Shown here piece after piece: positions 45,138-54,433 of a stretch of 57,504 nucleotides of DNA; the first letter of the stretch is position 1; each line of letters opens with the position of its first letter. Where the stretch lies: positions 1 to 57,504 of the IMG/VR virus record IMGVR_UViG_3300027822_000014. One strand, given 5' to 3'. The notes beneath the pieces were generated by a model. The model was not told the origin of the DNA. It did not search any database and saw only the letters and a list, made by a program, of their open reading frames with translations. The stretch comes from a virus. Lineage: Duplodnaviria > Caudoviricetes. A program made the position numbers and the translations under genes.

Positions 45138-45680
45138 TCAACTGGGCGAACTTTTTGTTACCACATTGAAAAAACCACGGTGATCCATCTGCAGGGTCAG
45201 CATGAACGGCTCAGTCCTGGACACCTGCACCGATTTGTTGAGGTGCAGGGTCCGTGTCGTCACTGCTTTGGCCAGCACACCCCGGCCCTCGAACAGGGTC
45301 TTCACGCCCCCGTTCTCGCCCAGCCACCCGGCCAGATCGGTGCCGCTGATGTCACGCTTGGCTGCTTCGCGCATGGCTGAGCAGTACCGCCAGGACGATC
45401 CCCGGTTCAGCTCAGGCTCGAACACCGCCCGGCCCACCACGATGTAGACGTCCGACTTCCTCTCGGCGTACACCCTGTTGCGGTCGGCCTTGGCCTGCGC
45501 TGCAATTTGTACGCGGAACGTCTCCTGAAGGCCGTTCTTCTCGACCTCCTCGCACAGCGACAGGGTCTCGGCCAGCACGGCGTACAGCTCTCTGTCCTTC
45601 CGGCGTTTGGCCATGAAGAACCCGGCCTTTTCCTTGATCGCATCGACCCGGGTGTTCAACTCAGCCAGATTCATCTTCAC
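45138..45680 (-). CDS. Hypothetical protein (180 aa)
   Basis: Tiled ORF in the - strand operon. Confidence 0.7.
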   Translation of the reverse strand: MKMNLAELNTRVDAIKEKAGFFMAKRRKDRELYAVLAETLSLCEEVEKNGLQETFRVQIAAQAKADRNRVYAERKSDVYIVVGRAVFEPELNRGSSWRYCSAMREAAKRDISGTDLAGWLGENGGVKTLFEGRGVLAKAVTTRTLHLNKSVQVSRTEPFMLTLQMDHRGFFNVVTKSSPS

Positions 45681-45960
45681 GCTCCGGTGGCAGGACTTCC
45701 ATCCTCACGGTGGCGCCGATCACCTTGGACAGCGCTGTCTCAGCCGCCTCGATATCGATGGCTGGCACTGTCGTGTCGATGGCCGGCACCTGTATCGTGG
45801 CCTGCAGCGATGGCCGGGTGAACAAACTGAGCGGCAGCTCCACGTTGCAGTGCATACCACGCTCGTCAGTGTGCAGGCCGGGCGCTCGCTTCGTCGCTTT
45901 CACTGAGCCGTTGCGGCCCAGCGTCAGCCAGAAATCATACTTGATCATGCGTTCAGACAT
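45661..45960 (-). CDS. Hypothetical protein (99 aa)
   Basis: GGGAG RBS and overlapping neighbours. Confidence 0.7.
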   Translation of the reverse strand: MSERMIKYDFWLTLGRNGSVKATKRAPGLHTDERGMHCNVELPLSLFTRPSLQATIQVPAIDTTVPAIDIEAAETALSKVIGATVRMEVLPPEREDESG

Positions 45961-46153
45961 GCTTCATCTCCCTTATCAATTTGGCCGCGTCGTTCGCGGT
46001 CATCGATTTGTCGATAGCGCTCGCTGCCTCCTCGAGCTTGTTGTTCACGAGGTTGTCAACCATCGCGGCCAGCGTGCGAGTGTCCGAGGCCAGCAACCAG
46101 CTCCAGTGGCTGGCGATCTCCCACGCCTCGGTGCTATGGATTTTCATCGACAT
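45953..46153 (-). CDS. Hypothetical protein (66 aa)
   Basis: GGAGG RBS, tiled. Confidence 0.6.
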   Translation of the reverse strand: MSMKIHSTEAWEIASHWSWLLASDTRTLAAMVDNLVNNKLEEAASAIDKSMTANDAAKLIREMKHV

Positions 46154-46559
46154 CGAGTGCCTCCTTCTGCAGCTGCCGTGCTGCCCTGAATGCGAGCCGA
46201 CAGTCCAGCTCGTTGTTGAGCTGGGCCGTGTGGAAGTCGTGAAACCCCAGCCGCTTACTCATCTCTCGGTAGATGGCGCTGCGATCCCACGTCCCTGTCT
46301 TCCACAGCGGGTCCAGCACACGATGAACGTCCTGGCGGAGCCGACGTATGGAGCTGGTCGGTATCGAGCCCAGCGGCTCGCCCGTGGCCCCGTGCGTGCC
46401 GACATACAGGTCGTCGAACGGGCACTGCCAGAACAGTTTCTTGTGCAGGGCCTTGCGGTGCGGGTAAACGTCCGCGCCGGTGATGCAGACAGCGTCGACA
46501 AGGCCAGCGCACGAGCAGCAGTAGATTTCCTCGGTGTCACCCGGCTTACGTATCGTCAT
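46134..46559 (-). CDS. DUF3268-like zinc-finger protein
   Basis: CxxC..G.DVYPHR..L..K.FW.C....YVG.H....PLG.....R..R...H..LDPLWK. Confidence 0.75.
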   Translation of the reverse strand: MTIRKPGDTEEIYCCSCAGLVDAVCITGADVYPHRKALHKKLFWQCPFDDLYVGTHGATGEPLGSIPTSSIRRLRQDVHRVLDPLWKTGTWDRSAIYREMSKRLGFHDFHTAQLNNELDCRLAFRAARQLQKEALDVDENP

Positions 46560-47220
46560 CGCGCACCCCCTTATGGGTAACCAACACCGTCCACGAGACC
46601 GGGAACTGCGCGCCGCACAGCGTGCTGATCCGCTCGGCAACCTGGGTGGTCTCGGGCTGGGAGTGGCTGTCGAGCCGGAGATTGCACACCCGCGCGAACG
46701 CATAGAGGGTGCCGGTCCAGACCCACTCGGTCATCATGTTCAGCGGCAGCACCATACGTGCCATCTCCGGGGCCACACCCTGCTTCAGCAGGCTGTTGTA
46801 CCCGAGGAGTGCAGTCGTGCCCACGTGGTCAAGCACCTCATCGCATAGACTCTGGTCCAGACCTGCGCCATCGCTCGAGCCTTGCTTGGCGCCGTCGGTC
46901 GGTGCTGCACGCCACTGCTCAGGCAGGAAGAACTCAGGCTCGTCCGACACGTACCGGCGGCTGACTTCGTTCCAGCTCAGGCCGATCTGGTGCTTGACGA
47001 GCTGCCGGGCCACGAAGATCGGGGCCTTGATGCGCACCGACAAGGCGGCGTGTGCGAACGGCGACCAGTGGTCGTGGTCAGCAAGGTACTTGATCAGCTT
47101 CGCATCGCTGTCCTTCATCTGCGCGACGTGCTTGCCGAACGATACGCGGGCGGCGTTGACGACGGTCAGGTCACCACCCATGTGGTCTACGTATTCAACC
47201 GCGATCGGTGCGATTTTCAT
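46546..47220 (-). CDS. thyX: FAD-dependent thymidylate synthase
   Basis: VVNAARVSF, HWSPF, APIFVARQLVKH, WNEVSRRY and APEMARMVLP motifs. Confidence 0.95.
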   Translation of the reverse strand: MKIAPIAVEYVDHMGGDLTVVNAARVSFGKHVAQMKDSDAKLIKYLADHDHWSPFAHAALSVRIKAPIFVARQLVKHQIGLSWNEVSRRYVSDEPEFFLPEQWRAAPTDGAKQGSSDGAGLDQSLCDEVLDHVGTTALLGYNSLLKQGVAPEMARMVLPLNMMTEWVWTGTLYAFARVCNLRLDSHSQPETTQVAERISTLCGAQFPVSWTVLVTHKGVRDDDT

Positions 47221-47437
47221 TTGCTCTCTCCTCTTGTTGGATCTCGCGGTCCAGATACCACCGCGCTTTCTTCAGGTCTTTCAGCCGCCCCTCGCCGGGC
47301 TTGACACCAGCGCGGCAGATGTACTTGGCGGTGTTACCTAGGCAGAAGCCCAGACCCCACGCCTCGATCACCTTGATGGCTTCGTACGGGTCGTCCTCGC
47401 CACCGTAGTGGACGGGATGGTTGACAGCCTCACCCAT
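47195..47437 (-). CDS. DUF3310 (SaV-like) protein
   Basis: VNHP.HY....E.I..I.....FCLGN..KY..RAG.K.....DLKKA.WYL.R. Confidence 0.85.
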   Translation of the reverse strand: MGEAVNHPVHYGGEDDPYEAIKVIEAWGLGFCLGNTAKYICRAGVKPGEGRLKDLKKARWYLDREIQQEERANENRTDRG

Positions 47438-47849
47438 CGTCAGGCACCCCCGGCAGCGGCGAGAACTGCGGTTTGTTGGCATTCTTCTGCCGGATACGCT
47501 TCATCACATCGGGGTGACGCACCCGATTCATCTCCTCGATGGAACAGTCGAGCATGTTCAGATCGCACGCGCCGCACAGCACAGCCAGAGTGACGCAGAC
47601 GCCACCGACTTCCTGCGACGGACGGCCTTCGTCCCGGTCAAAGACATGGTTGACTAGCTGGTACGCGTCTGTCCGGGTGAAGCCGAGAGACTGCACCAGC
47701 TCGAGCGCCTCCTCGAGGAAGCGGGCGCAGCATTCGTTCTTGTTGGCGACAGTCTCCTCGCCGAAGCAGAATTTGGCCCAGTCGTGGGCGATCTCCTGGA
47801 AGGTGGGCGGGCGGGTGTCAACCGGCGCGCCGTTCATGTCATCAGTCAT
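47430..47849 (-). CDS. MazG-like nucleotide pyrophosphohydrolase
   Basis: RFLEEALEL...QEVGGV..TL acidic motifs. Confidence 0.6.
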   Translation of the reverse strand: MTDDMNGAPVDTRPPTFQEIAHDWAKFCFGEETVANKNECCARFLEEALELVQSLGFTRTDAYQLVNHVFDRDEGRPSQEVGGVCVTLAVLCGACDLNMLDCSIEEMNRVRHPDVMKRIRQKNANKPQFSPLPGVPDDG

Positions 47850-47879
47850 GTGTTTTCTCTCCGATAGTTGGGGGTGGGT

Positions 47880-48332
47880 TTACTCGACGGTCTCCGTCGT
47901 GTCTTCGCTGGTAGACTGGATGGTAGGGTAGCCACTGCCGTCCGCCACTGGCACGCTGCCGAACCTGTTTTTCTTGATGACGGAGTTGCGCATCGTCAGC
48001 TCGAAGCACGTGTGGTAGACGGACGCCTTCCCGTTGGCGACGGCAGTCTGCACCTCCAGGTCGTGCATCTTGGCCTCGCGCTCGGCGACAGCAACCTCAC
48101 GCGCACCGCATCTCTCTTCGCGAACCGCGATCCGATCTATCTCCCGGTGGAAGTTGTCGCGCTCACGCTTGACGAGTGCCAGCCTGTTGTTGGTCTCCTC
48201 GAGCTGCTTCTCCTGCTCTTCGACCTTGTCCGCCAGCACGCTCATTTGCTTGAGCGCATCAGCCTTCAGCGATGTGCTGTTCAGGTAGTCGCGGATCGCT
48301 TGCGATACGTTTTCGGGAAGTTCTTTGCTCAT
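47880..48332 (-). CDS. Coiled-coil hypothetical protein (150 aa)
   Basis: GAGGAGAG RBS. Confidence 0.75.
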   Translation of the reverse strand: MSKELPENVSQAIRDYLNSTSLKADALKQMSVLADKVEEQEKQLEETNNRLALVKRERDNFHREIDRIAVREERCGAREVAVAEREAKMHDLEVQTAVANGKASVYHTCFELTMRNSVIKKNRFGSVPVADGSGYPTIQSTSEDTTETVE

Positions 48333-48343
48333 GTCTTCTCTCC

Positions 48344-48526
48344 TCAGTTGAAGGTTACATACATCGTCACCACGATGGCTACGACGGTCAGGATGACACC
48401 GGTTTGTATCATCAGTCCTGTGTCACGTTCGGGTTGCGGAAGGCGTTCTTCAGTATCCGCAGGCCGATGAAGATGCTTGCGCAGCATGCCAGCTCCGCCG
48501 CTGCGTGTTCTGGGCTGGTCAGTCAT
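48344..48526 (-). CDS. Small membrane protein (60 aa)
   Basis: C-terminal TM segment, tiled. Confidence 0.55.
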   Translation of the reverse strand: MTDQPRTRSGGAGMLRKHLHRPADTEERLPQPERDTGLMIQTGVILTVVAIVVTMYVTFN

Positions 48527-48743
48527 CTCCGGGCTCCATCAGCCGCCGCTTGCAAGCCTCCAGCAGCCATACCACTGTTGCGCCACTGGCTATGGATGAT
48601 GCGAAGTAGAGTTCGCCATTCTTATCCCAGCCCATGATCACGACACCATCGTCGTCGAACTCACCGATGGCCGCCTTAAGGACGCGATCGGGGGGTATGT
48701 TCAGCCGAGTGATGTTTCCGAGAGGGACTACTTTTTCGCTCAT
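48519..48743 (-). CDS. Conserved small phage protein (74 aa)
   Basis: ITRL..P.DRVL..A......V.I.G.D..G..YFASS. GGAGAG RBS. Confidence 0.7.
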   Translation of the reverse strand: MSEKVVPLGNITRLNIPPDRVLKAAIGEFDDDGVVIMGWDKNGELYFASSIASGATVVWLLEACKRRLMEPGDD

Positions 48744-48798
48744 GTTTTCTCTCCGTGTTAGTGACGCCGGGCCGGAGCCCGGCGCCACCCCCTGCCAA

Positions 48799-49455
48799 TC
48801 AGAAGTGGAAGATCAGTGCAGCCTCGACACCGTGAGACCATGTGCCGTCCACAGTCACACCCTTGTCCCCGGTTTCGTTGATGTGCTGCAACCGATAGCC
48901 GCCCCGAAAAGCGAGCCGATCAGTCAGCGGCACAGTCACGCCGGCCAGCACCTGCTGGGCAAACGCCATGTCATCGCCACTGAAAGCCAGACCACCAATC
49001 ACAGCGTCTGTGTCCACGAATGCTAACCCGACACCTGCGCCGACATACGGGGTCAGCGCGAAGGGGCCTATCGGCACCTGGATCGCATGAACATCGTACA
49101 GGACGTTGAGCATCAGCGTGGTGGCCGTGGTCTCAGAGGTAGACACCGTCGTTGCGGTGTCCGTGGCAGCTCGTGTTGCCTCGATTTCGGCACGGATGGC
49201 GTCAGTGAGTTTCACACCGACAAATGCACCGAACCTGATGCCGGGATCAACGGTCACATCATATGTGGTTCCGGCGAACTCGGCTTCCGTGTCGTGTGTG
49301 AACACACCACCGATCAGTGCCCCGCCATAGAACATAGAAGGCGCGGTGGTCACCTGTGTCTTCGGCGCCACCATGTCAGCAGCAGACGCCACGCTCATGG
49401 TGGCGAGGGCAAGTCCAGCCGCGACGGCGATAGACATCAAAGCTCTCTTAATCAT
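48799..49455 (-). CDS. Outer-membrane beta-barrel protein (8-stranded, OMP_b-brl type)
   Basis: Signal peptide ..ASAAD, FYGG..IG, RAEIE, LTPYVGAGVG, GYR and a C-terminal Phe. Confidence 0.85.
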   Translation of the reverse strand: MIKRALMSIAVAAGLALATMSVASAADMVAPKTQVTTAPSMFYGGALIGGVFTHDTEAEFAGTTYDVTVDPGIRFGAFVGVKLTDAIRAEIEATRAATDTATTVSTSETTATTLMLNVLYDVHAIQVPIGPFALTPYVGAGVGLAFVDTDAVIGGLAFSGDDMAFAQQVLAGVTVPLTDRLAFRGGYRLQHINETGDKGVTVDGTWSHGVEAALIFHF

Positions 49456-49534
49456 TGGTAATCTCCTCTCTGTGCGCCTTGGCGCGTTGCGATATTGCTG
49501 TGGTAACATCGCTCAAGCTGAGCGAATTTGCAAA

Positions 49535-49741
49535 TCACGCCTTCCCCCTCTTTGCTTCAACAAGCTCGTCCTCGAGCCGGTCAACTTCCAGCTCGAGATG
49601 CTCGATGTATTTGTAGACATCGAGATGATGCTGCCTGACCATGTCACTGATCTGGCGGCTGATGACACCGTAGCCATGCTTGTCCACCAGATGTGGAGTC
49701 TGCGGGCTGCGAAGTCTGGGGCGTGGTGCTTTGTCAGTCAT
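49535..49741 (-). CDS. Hypothetical protein (68 aa)
   Basis: GAGG RBS and ATGA overlap. Confidence 0.6.
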   Translation of the reverse strand: MTDKAPRPRLRSPQTPHLVDKHGYGVISRQISDMVRQHHLDVYKYIEHLELEVDRLEDELVEAKRGKA

Positions 49742-50091
49742 GTGAATATCCTCAGAATGTTGCGGACCTTCTGCTCCGCCGGGCCATAGATGCCTTCCTC
49801 CCACATCAGGTGCAATATCTCGAGCAGCTCGGTGCGCAGCGGGCCATACAATTCTTCCGTCATGACGTGCACGGCTTTGGCATGCCCATACTGCAGCGCC
49901 TCGCCGTCGTCCGGCAGGATTATGCGGAACTGAAACTTGGCCTCGTAGGTGATGCGGTACTGCACATCGCGCGCCACATAGGAGCCTTCCGGCTCCGAGT
50001 GCCGGCTCACCGACATGCGTGACGTCACCGGTATGACCTCACGTGCCCCGCGCAGCTCATACATTGCCTTTTTCAGTGGCAGTTCCATCAT
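49738..50091 (-). CDS. Hypothetical protein (117 aa)
   Basis: GGAGAG RBS. Confidence 0.65.
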   Translation of the reverse strand: MMELPLKKAMYELRGAREVIPVTSRMSVSRHSEPEGSYVARDVQYRITYEAKFQFRIILPDDGEALQYGHAKAVHVMTEELYGPLRTELLEILHLMWEEGIYGPAEQKVRNILRIFT

Positions 50092-50150
50092 TTTTTCTCT
50101 CCGTTGCATTGGCCGAAAAATTTTTTCCGGGATTTTGAGCTGTGTAAAAC

Positions 50151-50564
50151 CTAGTCCTTCTGGATCGCATGCTTCAATGCACGAGTGGCGCCAGCCTTGC
50201 TGAACATCGGGCCGTACAGCCGGTGCGACAGCCGCCGAGCCGTCTCTGCCAGCGCCCGGCGACGTGCCGATCGGCCACCACCTTCCATGGCGGCACGGTC
50301 GTGGTACTCCATGACATGGGCCACCAACTCCTCGTTGCGCCGGAACTGGATGTCAGTAAGGTACTTGTCCCACCACCCGGCAGGATCATCGCCCTGGCGT
50401 TCGATGTGCAGCGCCTCGTGGTTGTGCAGCACCTTCGGCAGCTCGCCGCCGCGTGGCGCATAAATGTACGGTGCGTAGGCGAAAAACACCTCCATGCCCC
50501 GCGCATGCGGGAACACTTCGAGGATCCGCTCGTAATTCGGCGGACGCTCTTTGACGATTTCCAT
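50151..50564 (-). CDS. Hypothetical protein with HExxH motif
   Basis: HEALH..RQ...WW.KYL....FR..EE..A (possible metalloprotease fold). Confidence 0.65.
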   Translation of the reverse strand: MEIVKERPPNYERILEVFPHARGMEVFFAYAPYIYAPRGGELPKVLHNHEALHIERQGDDPAGWWDKYLTDIQFRRNEELVAHVMEYHDRAAMEGGGRSARRRALAETARRLSHRLYGPMFSKAGATRALKHAIQKD

Positions 50565-50566
50565 GA

Positions 50567-50935
50567 CTACTCCTCATGTCCTGTGAGATCGCGCATCTGC
50601 TTGATGCGGTCCTGGTCTTTGGTCACCTTCGGCGACAGGTCTTGCATCGGCGGCAGCTCGGTGGTCTTCGGCGCTGTGAACCGTGGCGTGTCCAGTGTCA
50701 CGCGTGGGCCGTAGGTGGCCGACGTGCCGAACGCCATCCAGATGCACGGCACCAGCCACAGGCCGAGGAACAGGAAGTTGATGAGCCTGCGTTCTTTCTT
50801 GGTGTGCTTCATGTTGCTCGATACAGTGATGCGCCAGAACGCCCAGCGGGCCAGCGCGATGGTGAGGCCGAACAGGCTCGCGAAAATTGCGAGCCTCACG
50901 GCACCGAACCCGAGGTTCAGGAGCTGCCAGTCCAT
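50567..50935 (-). CDS. Membrane protein (2 TM)
   Basis: Coupled to the SPFH gene by TAATG. Confidence 0.65.
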   Translation of the reverse strand: MDWQLLNLGFGAVRLAIFASLFGLTIALARWAFWRITVSSNMKHTKKERRLINFLFLGLWLVPCIWMAFGTSATYGPRVTLDTPRFTAPKTTELPPMQDLSPKVTKDQDRIKQMRDLTGHEE

Positions 50936-51834
50936 TATTGACCTGCCTTTCCGACGAACACGCGCTGGTTCATGCCGACCGAGCCGAGCGCTTCCATAGG
51001 CACGAACACCGTGTTGGGGTTCTTGGCCAGCGCCTCGAGCACCTCGAGCCTGCGGTAATCCAGGTACTTGTCGGTCACTGATTCCGCATAGATGGCGTTC
51101 TCCTCGCGGGCAGCCTCGGCTTTCTCACGCCGCACTGACCGGTTCAGCTTCGCCTTTTCCAGCTCGGTCTGCAGTTGCACCAGAGCGATCTGCTTTTTGG
51201 CTTCCTGCTCCTCGATCTCGATGCGCCGCTGGGCCGCAACTTCCTTCTGCTTGGTGATCACGTCAGGGAACTGGACGTCGGCAATCGAGAACCGCTTGAT
51301 GGTGATCGGCGTGCTGCCGAGTGCCCCCGCGACGGCCTCGGTCAGCTCAGCGTTTACACGCTCGCGGCTGCTGGCCACCTCGTTGATGGAGTACTTCGCC
51401 ATGGCCGAGCGGACGACCTCGCGCATGGCCGGTTTGCCGTAGATCGCATAGATACGCTCTGTCGTGATCAGCGCTTGGTTGTAGTTCTCGTACCGCTTAG
51501 GCACGACCCGGTTGAAGACGCTGTCGATGCTGGCCTCGTCGTCCCGGATGGCCAGGATGAACCGCACATCGAAGCTCATGTTGAGCTGGTCGCGCGGCAT
51601 GAACAGCCGGAACGTTTCCTTGATGCCCTCATCACCGGCCTGCATCAGTATCAGCTTGTCGCAATACGCCCAGCACGGTGCCAGCCTGAACTTGCTGGGT
51701 GTCACCGTCTCCGGTGCATAGCCGTTCTTGGTCAGGATCTTGCCCTTGTGGGCCGGTGGCACCTGCACGCTCTCACCGCAGGCGGCAAGGGCAAGCAGAC
51801 TGCCCATCACAATCATTGTCATAATACGTTTCAT
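50935..51834 (-). CDS. SPFH/Band-7 domain lipoprotein
   Basis: Lipobox LAAC, VPPAHKGKILT..GY, and VQFP..IT followed by a coiled coil. Confidence 0.8.
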   Translation of the reverse strand: MKRIMTMIVMGSLLALAACGESVQVPPAHKGKILTKNGYAPETVTPSKFRLAPCWAYCDKLILMQAGDEGIKETFRLFMPRDQLNMSFDVRFILAIRDDEASIDSVFNRVVPKRYENYNQALITTERIYAIYGKPAMREVVRSAMAKYSINEVASSRERVNAELTEAVAGALGSTPITIKRFSIADVQFPDVITKQKEVAAQRRIEIEEQEAKKQIALVQLQTELEKAKLNRSVRREKAEAAREENAIYAESVTDKYLDYRRLEVLEALAKNPNTVFVPMEALGSVGMNQRVFVGKAGQ

Positions 51835-51900
51835 CTAGTCTCTCCTCTGGCCGTTACTGTGTGCCGATCTGCGCCTCGGCCATGGCGCAGCTCGCATGTG

Positions 51901-53256
51901 TTACTGCCTGCTCATCTCTTCCTGCAGGCCTTTCATCATCTCTTCATCGAACAGCCGCTCCTGCTCGACACGATCCATGGCATCCTGATCGACGGTGTCC
52001 TCGGCCATGATCACGTGGCTGAACACCGGCTTGGTCTGGCCGGAGCGCAGCAGTCGCTTGATCACCTGCGAGAACTCCTCGTAGGACCACGTCAGGCCGA
52101 GCCACACCAGCACGTTGCCGCCATACTGCAGGTTCAGGCCGTGACCTGCGCTGCGCGGGTGGACGTACAGGTTGGTGATGGCTTTGCGGTTCCACGCGTC
52201 CACCACCTCTTCAGGGTCTTCCTCGTTCATGACCGTGCCGGGGAAACGCTTCATCATGGCGTCCAGCTCGTGCTTGTAGCGGTAGACGATCATGGTCGGC
52301 GCGCCCTGCTGGCTGTCGATGATCTCGTCCAGCGCATCAAGCTTGGCGTCGTGAATTTTGACCGCGGTCACCGGTGATTTCTTACCCGTCTTCGGATCGA
52401 AGACACCGCCGGCATACGCCCAGCCGTTAGCAATCTGCTGCAGCTTGTTGTTCAGCGCCGCCGCGTTGGGTGTGAACAGGATGTCCGGCCCGTGCGTGGC
52501 GATGTATTCCTTCATCAGCTCGCTGTAGGTCTCGCGTGCTTCCTTCGGCAGTTGCACCTTGATGATGTTAGGCACCAATGGCGGCAGCGTGGACAGGTAT
52601 TCCTCGTCGGTCACCGTGAACGCGATGTTGGCGACCCGCTTCATAATCTGGCGCAGCGAGAACGGTTTCGGCTTCCAGTCCCAGTCCATGAAACCTTTGA
52701 TCATGAACGCGGCACGGAACGCGGTCAGCGTCTTGCCCAGCCGTTTGCCGCCATCGATGGCGCGCACCTGGGCATAGGTATCGATCACGCCCTTGGCTGT
52801 GAACGTGCCGGTCAGGCCGATGAACCGCTCGAACTTTTTGCGGCGCTTGATGTAGGCCTTGAAGCGTTTCGACTTCCAGTTCTTCATGCCGGTCAGCTCG
52901 TCGAAGATGATGGCATCATAGTCCAGCACCTGGGTCTCGAGAAACCATGTCAGGTTGTCGTAGTTGACGATGGTGACCTCGGCATCCTGCTCCATGGCAC
53001 GTTTGCGCTTGCGCAGCTCGCCGTGGACGACGCGATGAGTGACGCCCGGCGCCCAGAAGTTCAGCTCTTTCGGCCACACCGTCAGGCACACGCGTAACGG
53101 TGCCACCACCAGCACGCGGATGTCCCAGTCGGCGATCCAGTCACAGCAGATCGCCGTCTTGCCAGCGCCCATGGGCAGTAGCATCAGGACGAAGCGGCGC
53201 GCTACGATCCACGCCTTGCCGCGCAGTTGGTATGGTCTGAGCTTAGGCGTCTTCAT
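51901..53256 (-). CDS. SNF2-like SF2 helicase
   Basis: LRPYQ, MGAGKT, VVAPLRV, FDE, GLTGT, SAGHGLNLQ and RLLRSGQ motifs. Confidence 0.9.
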   Translation of the reverse strand: MKTPKLRPYQLRGKAWIVARRFVLMLLPMGAGKTAICCDWIADWDIRVLVVAPLRVCLTVWPKELNFWAPGVTHRVVHGELRKRKRAMEQDAEVTIVNYDNLTWFLETQVLDYDAIIFDELTGMKNWKSKRFKAYIKRRKKFERFIGLTGTFTAKGVIDTYAQVRAIDGGKRLGKTLTAFRAAFMIKGFMDWDWKPKPFSLRQIMKRVANIAFTVTDEEYLSTLPPLVPNIIKVQLPKEARETYSELMKEYIATHGPDILFTPNAAALNNKLQQIANGWAYAGGVFDPKTGKKSPVTAVKIHDAKLDALDEIIDSQQGAPTMIVYRYKHELDAMMKRFPGTVMNEEDPEEVVDAWNRKAITNLYVHPRSAGHGLNLQYGGNVLVWLGLTWSYEEFSQVIKRLLRSGQTKPVFSHVIMAEDTVDQDAMDRVEQERLFDEEMMKGLQEEMSRQ

Positions 53257-53408
53257 TTGTCGGTTATCTCCTCATCGAACAGACGCTCGTAAACTCCCCG
53301 ATCTATATCGCCGTTGGCTCGAGCATACTCGATAGCCAGTTGCTGCAGTCTGCTGCGCCCGATGGTGCGCGGCTGTAAATGGGGTTTGCTGAGCTTAGGC
53401 GTCGTCAC
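53253..53408 (-). CDS. Small hypothetical protein (51 aa, GTG start)
   Basis: Tiled. Its N-terminus duplicates the helicase N-terminus. Confidence 0.5.
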   Translation of the reverse strand: MTTPKLSKPHLQPRTIGRSRLQQLAIEYARANGDIDRGVYERLFDEEITDK

Positions 53409-53536
53409 CGGCCATACCCCCAGTACTCCTCGAGACAGTCCTCGCACAGGCCGTAGCCGTTGATCCGCATCAGGCTGTGGCAGACGTCACAAGGCATGTA
53501 TCGCGGGGTATGCAGCAGGCCTCTCAGCCATTCCAT
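53405..53536 (-). CDS. Small Cys-rich protein (43 aa), not in ORF track
   Basis: Manually translated CxxC...CxxC. GTGA overlap with the next gene. Confidence 0.4.
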   Translation of the reverse strand: MEWLRGLLHTPRYMPCDVCHSLMRINGYGLCEDCLEEYWGYGR

Positions 53537-53835
53537 GAACCTTCCCATGTTTTCTCTCCGTTGTTGTCATCCAGTAGTGCGTTGAACTCCTCAACAGAGG
53601 TGATCGTGGCCACCTCCATCCCGAACACGTTGCGCAGCACGTCTGCCCAGTACTGCTGTATCTTCTCAGGCCTTCCGCCCGGCGGCTTGAACTCTATGAA
53701 CGTGACCCTGCCGGGCCTGAGCAGTATGCGATCCATCACCCCCCGGTTGCCGGGGCTCGACCACTTCGGCATCAGGTAATCACGAGCCTCGGCGAGCTTG
53801 AGGCATTTGCGCTCCAGCTCGCCTTCAGCGGGCAT
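53524..53835 (-). CDS. VRR-NUC domain nuclease
   Basis: E..LE......K..SPG.RG..DRI......FIEFKPPG.....Q. Confidence 0.85.
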   Translation of the reverse strand: MPAEGELERKCLKLAEARDYLMPKWSSPGNRGVMDRILLRPGRVTFIEFKPPGGRPEKIQQYWADVLRNVFGMEVATITSVEEFNALLDDNNGEKTWEGSWNG

Positions 53836-54050
53836 TACAGGTCCGCTTGCTCGACCGGTATGCAGGTAGTCAAGCTTTTCCACACGCGTACGTTCATGCT
53901 CGTCGAGAACTCGGCGTCCACGCGCTTGACCATGTCGGCGGCACGTTCCATGCACCCGACCAGGGTGGTGGAGTAAAACTTCGGCTCGTCCTGCATGTTG
54001 ATCGAGATTCCGTTCGACAAGCCTATGGTCATCAAGAGTTTAAACAGCAT
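53835..54050 (-). CDS. Hypothetical protein (71 aa)
   Basis: TAATG coupling. Confidence 0.55.
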   Translation of the reverse strand: MLFKLLMTIGLSNGISINMQDEPKFYSTTLVGCMERAADMVKRVDAEFSTSMNVRVWKSLTTCIPVEQADL

Positions 54051-54059
54051 TGCATCCCC

Positions 54060-54359
54060 CTATTTACCGCGCAGCTTGGCCTGCTGCTCGGCAAGTTGTT
54101 GTTCCTGTTCAACCAACTCACGCTTGCGCGCGATGGCATCCAGCTCGGTCAATTCCATTTCGCCCAGACCATGGCCAATTCGACGAACAAGGTACTTCAG
54201 CGGAATGCCGGTTACCTCGTGCACCTTCTCGATGTACGGGGTCCGCAGGTACTCGCGATTGAGCATCTGGGACACACCCGATCGTGTCAGGTTCAGATCG
54301 TGCGATAGGGCGAGCCGTCGTCCTTGCTTGGCGTCCAGCCAGCGAATTAAAGCATCCAT
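54060..54359 (-). CDS. Cro-like HTH transcriptional regulator
   Basis: LALSHDLNLTRSGVSQML HTH and IEKV..VTGIP. First gene after a promoter that carries an inverted repeat. Confidence 0.7.
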   Translation of the reverse strand: MDALIRWLDAKQGRRLALSHDLNLTRSGVSQMLNREYLRTPYIEKVHEVTGIPLKYLVRRIGHGLGEMELTELDAIARKRELVEQEQQLAEQQAKLRGK

Positions 54360-54385
54360 TTAGTTTACCTCGTTTCTGTAAGGTG

Positions 54386-54419
54386 GACGTAGTTTACGCT
54401 ATGTGAAAAGCTACGTCAA
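54386..54419 (-). promoter_or_regulatory. Sigma70 promoter with an overlapping operator-like inverted repeat
   Basis: TTGACG-N17-TAAACT, with GACGTAG (54386-92) and CTACGTC (54411-17). Confidence 0.7.
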
Positions 54420-54433
54420 TCACCTTGTTGCGT

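Noticed and set aside
51845-51900. Hairpin upstream of the SPFH gene as another early element
   Set aside because: It has a CUGCGCC/GGCGCAG stem but lacks the CGCU/UACC loop and the GCAYGA tail.
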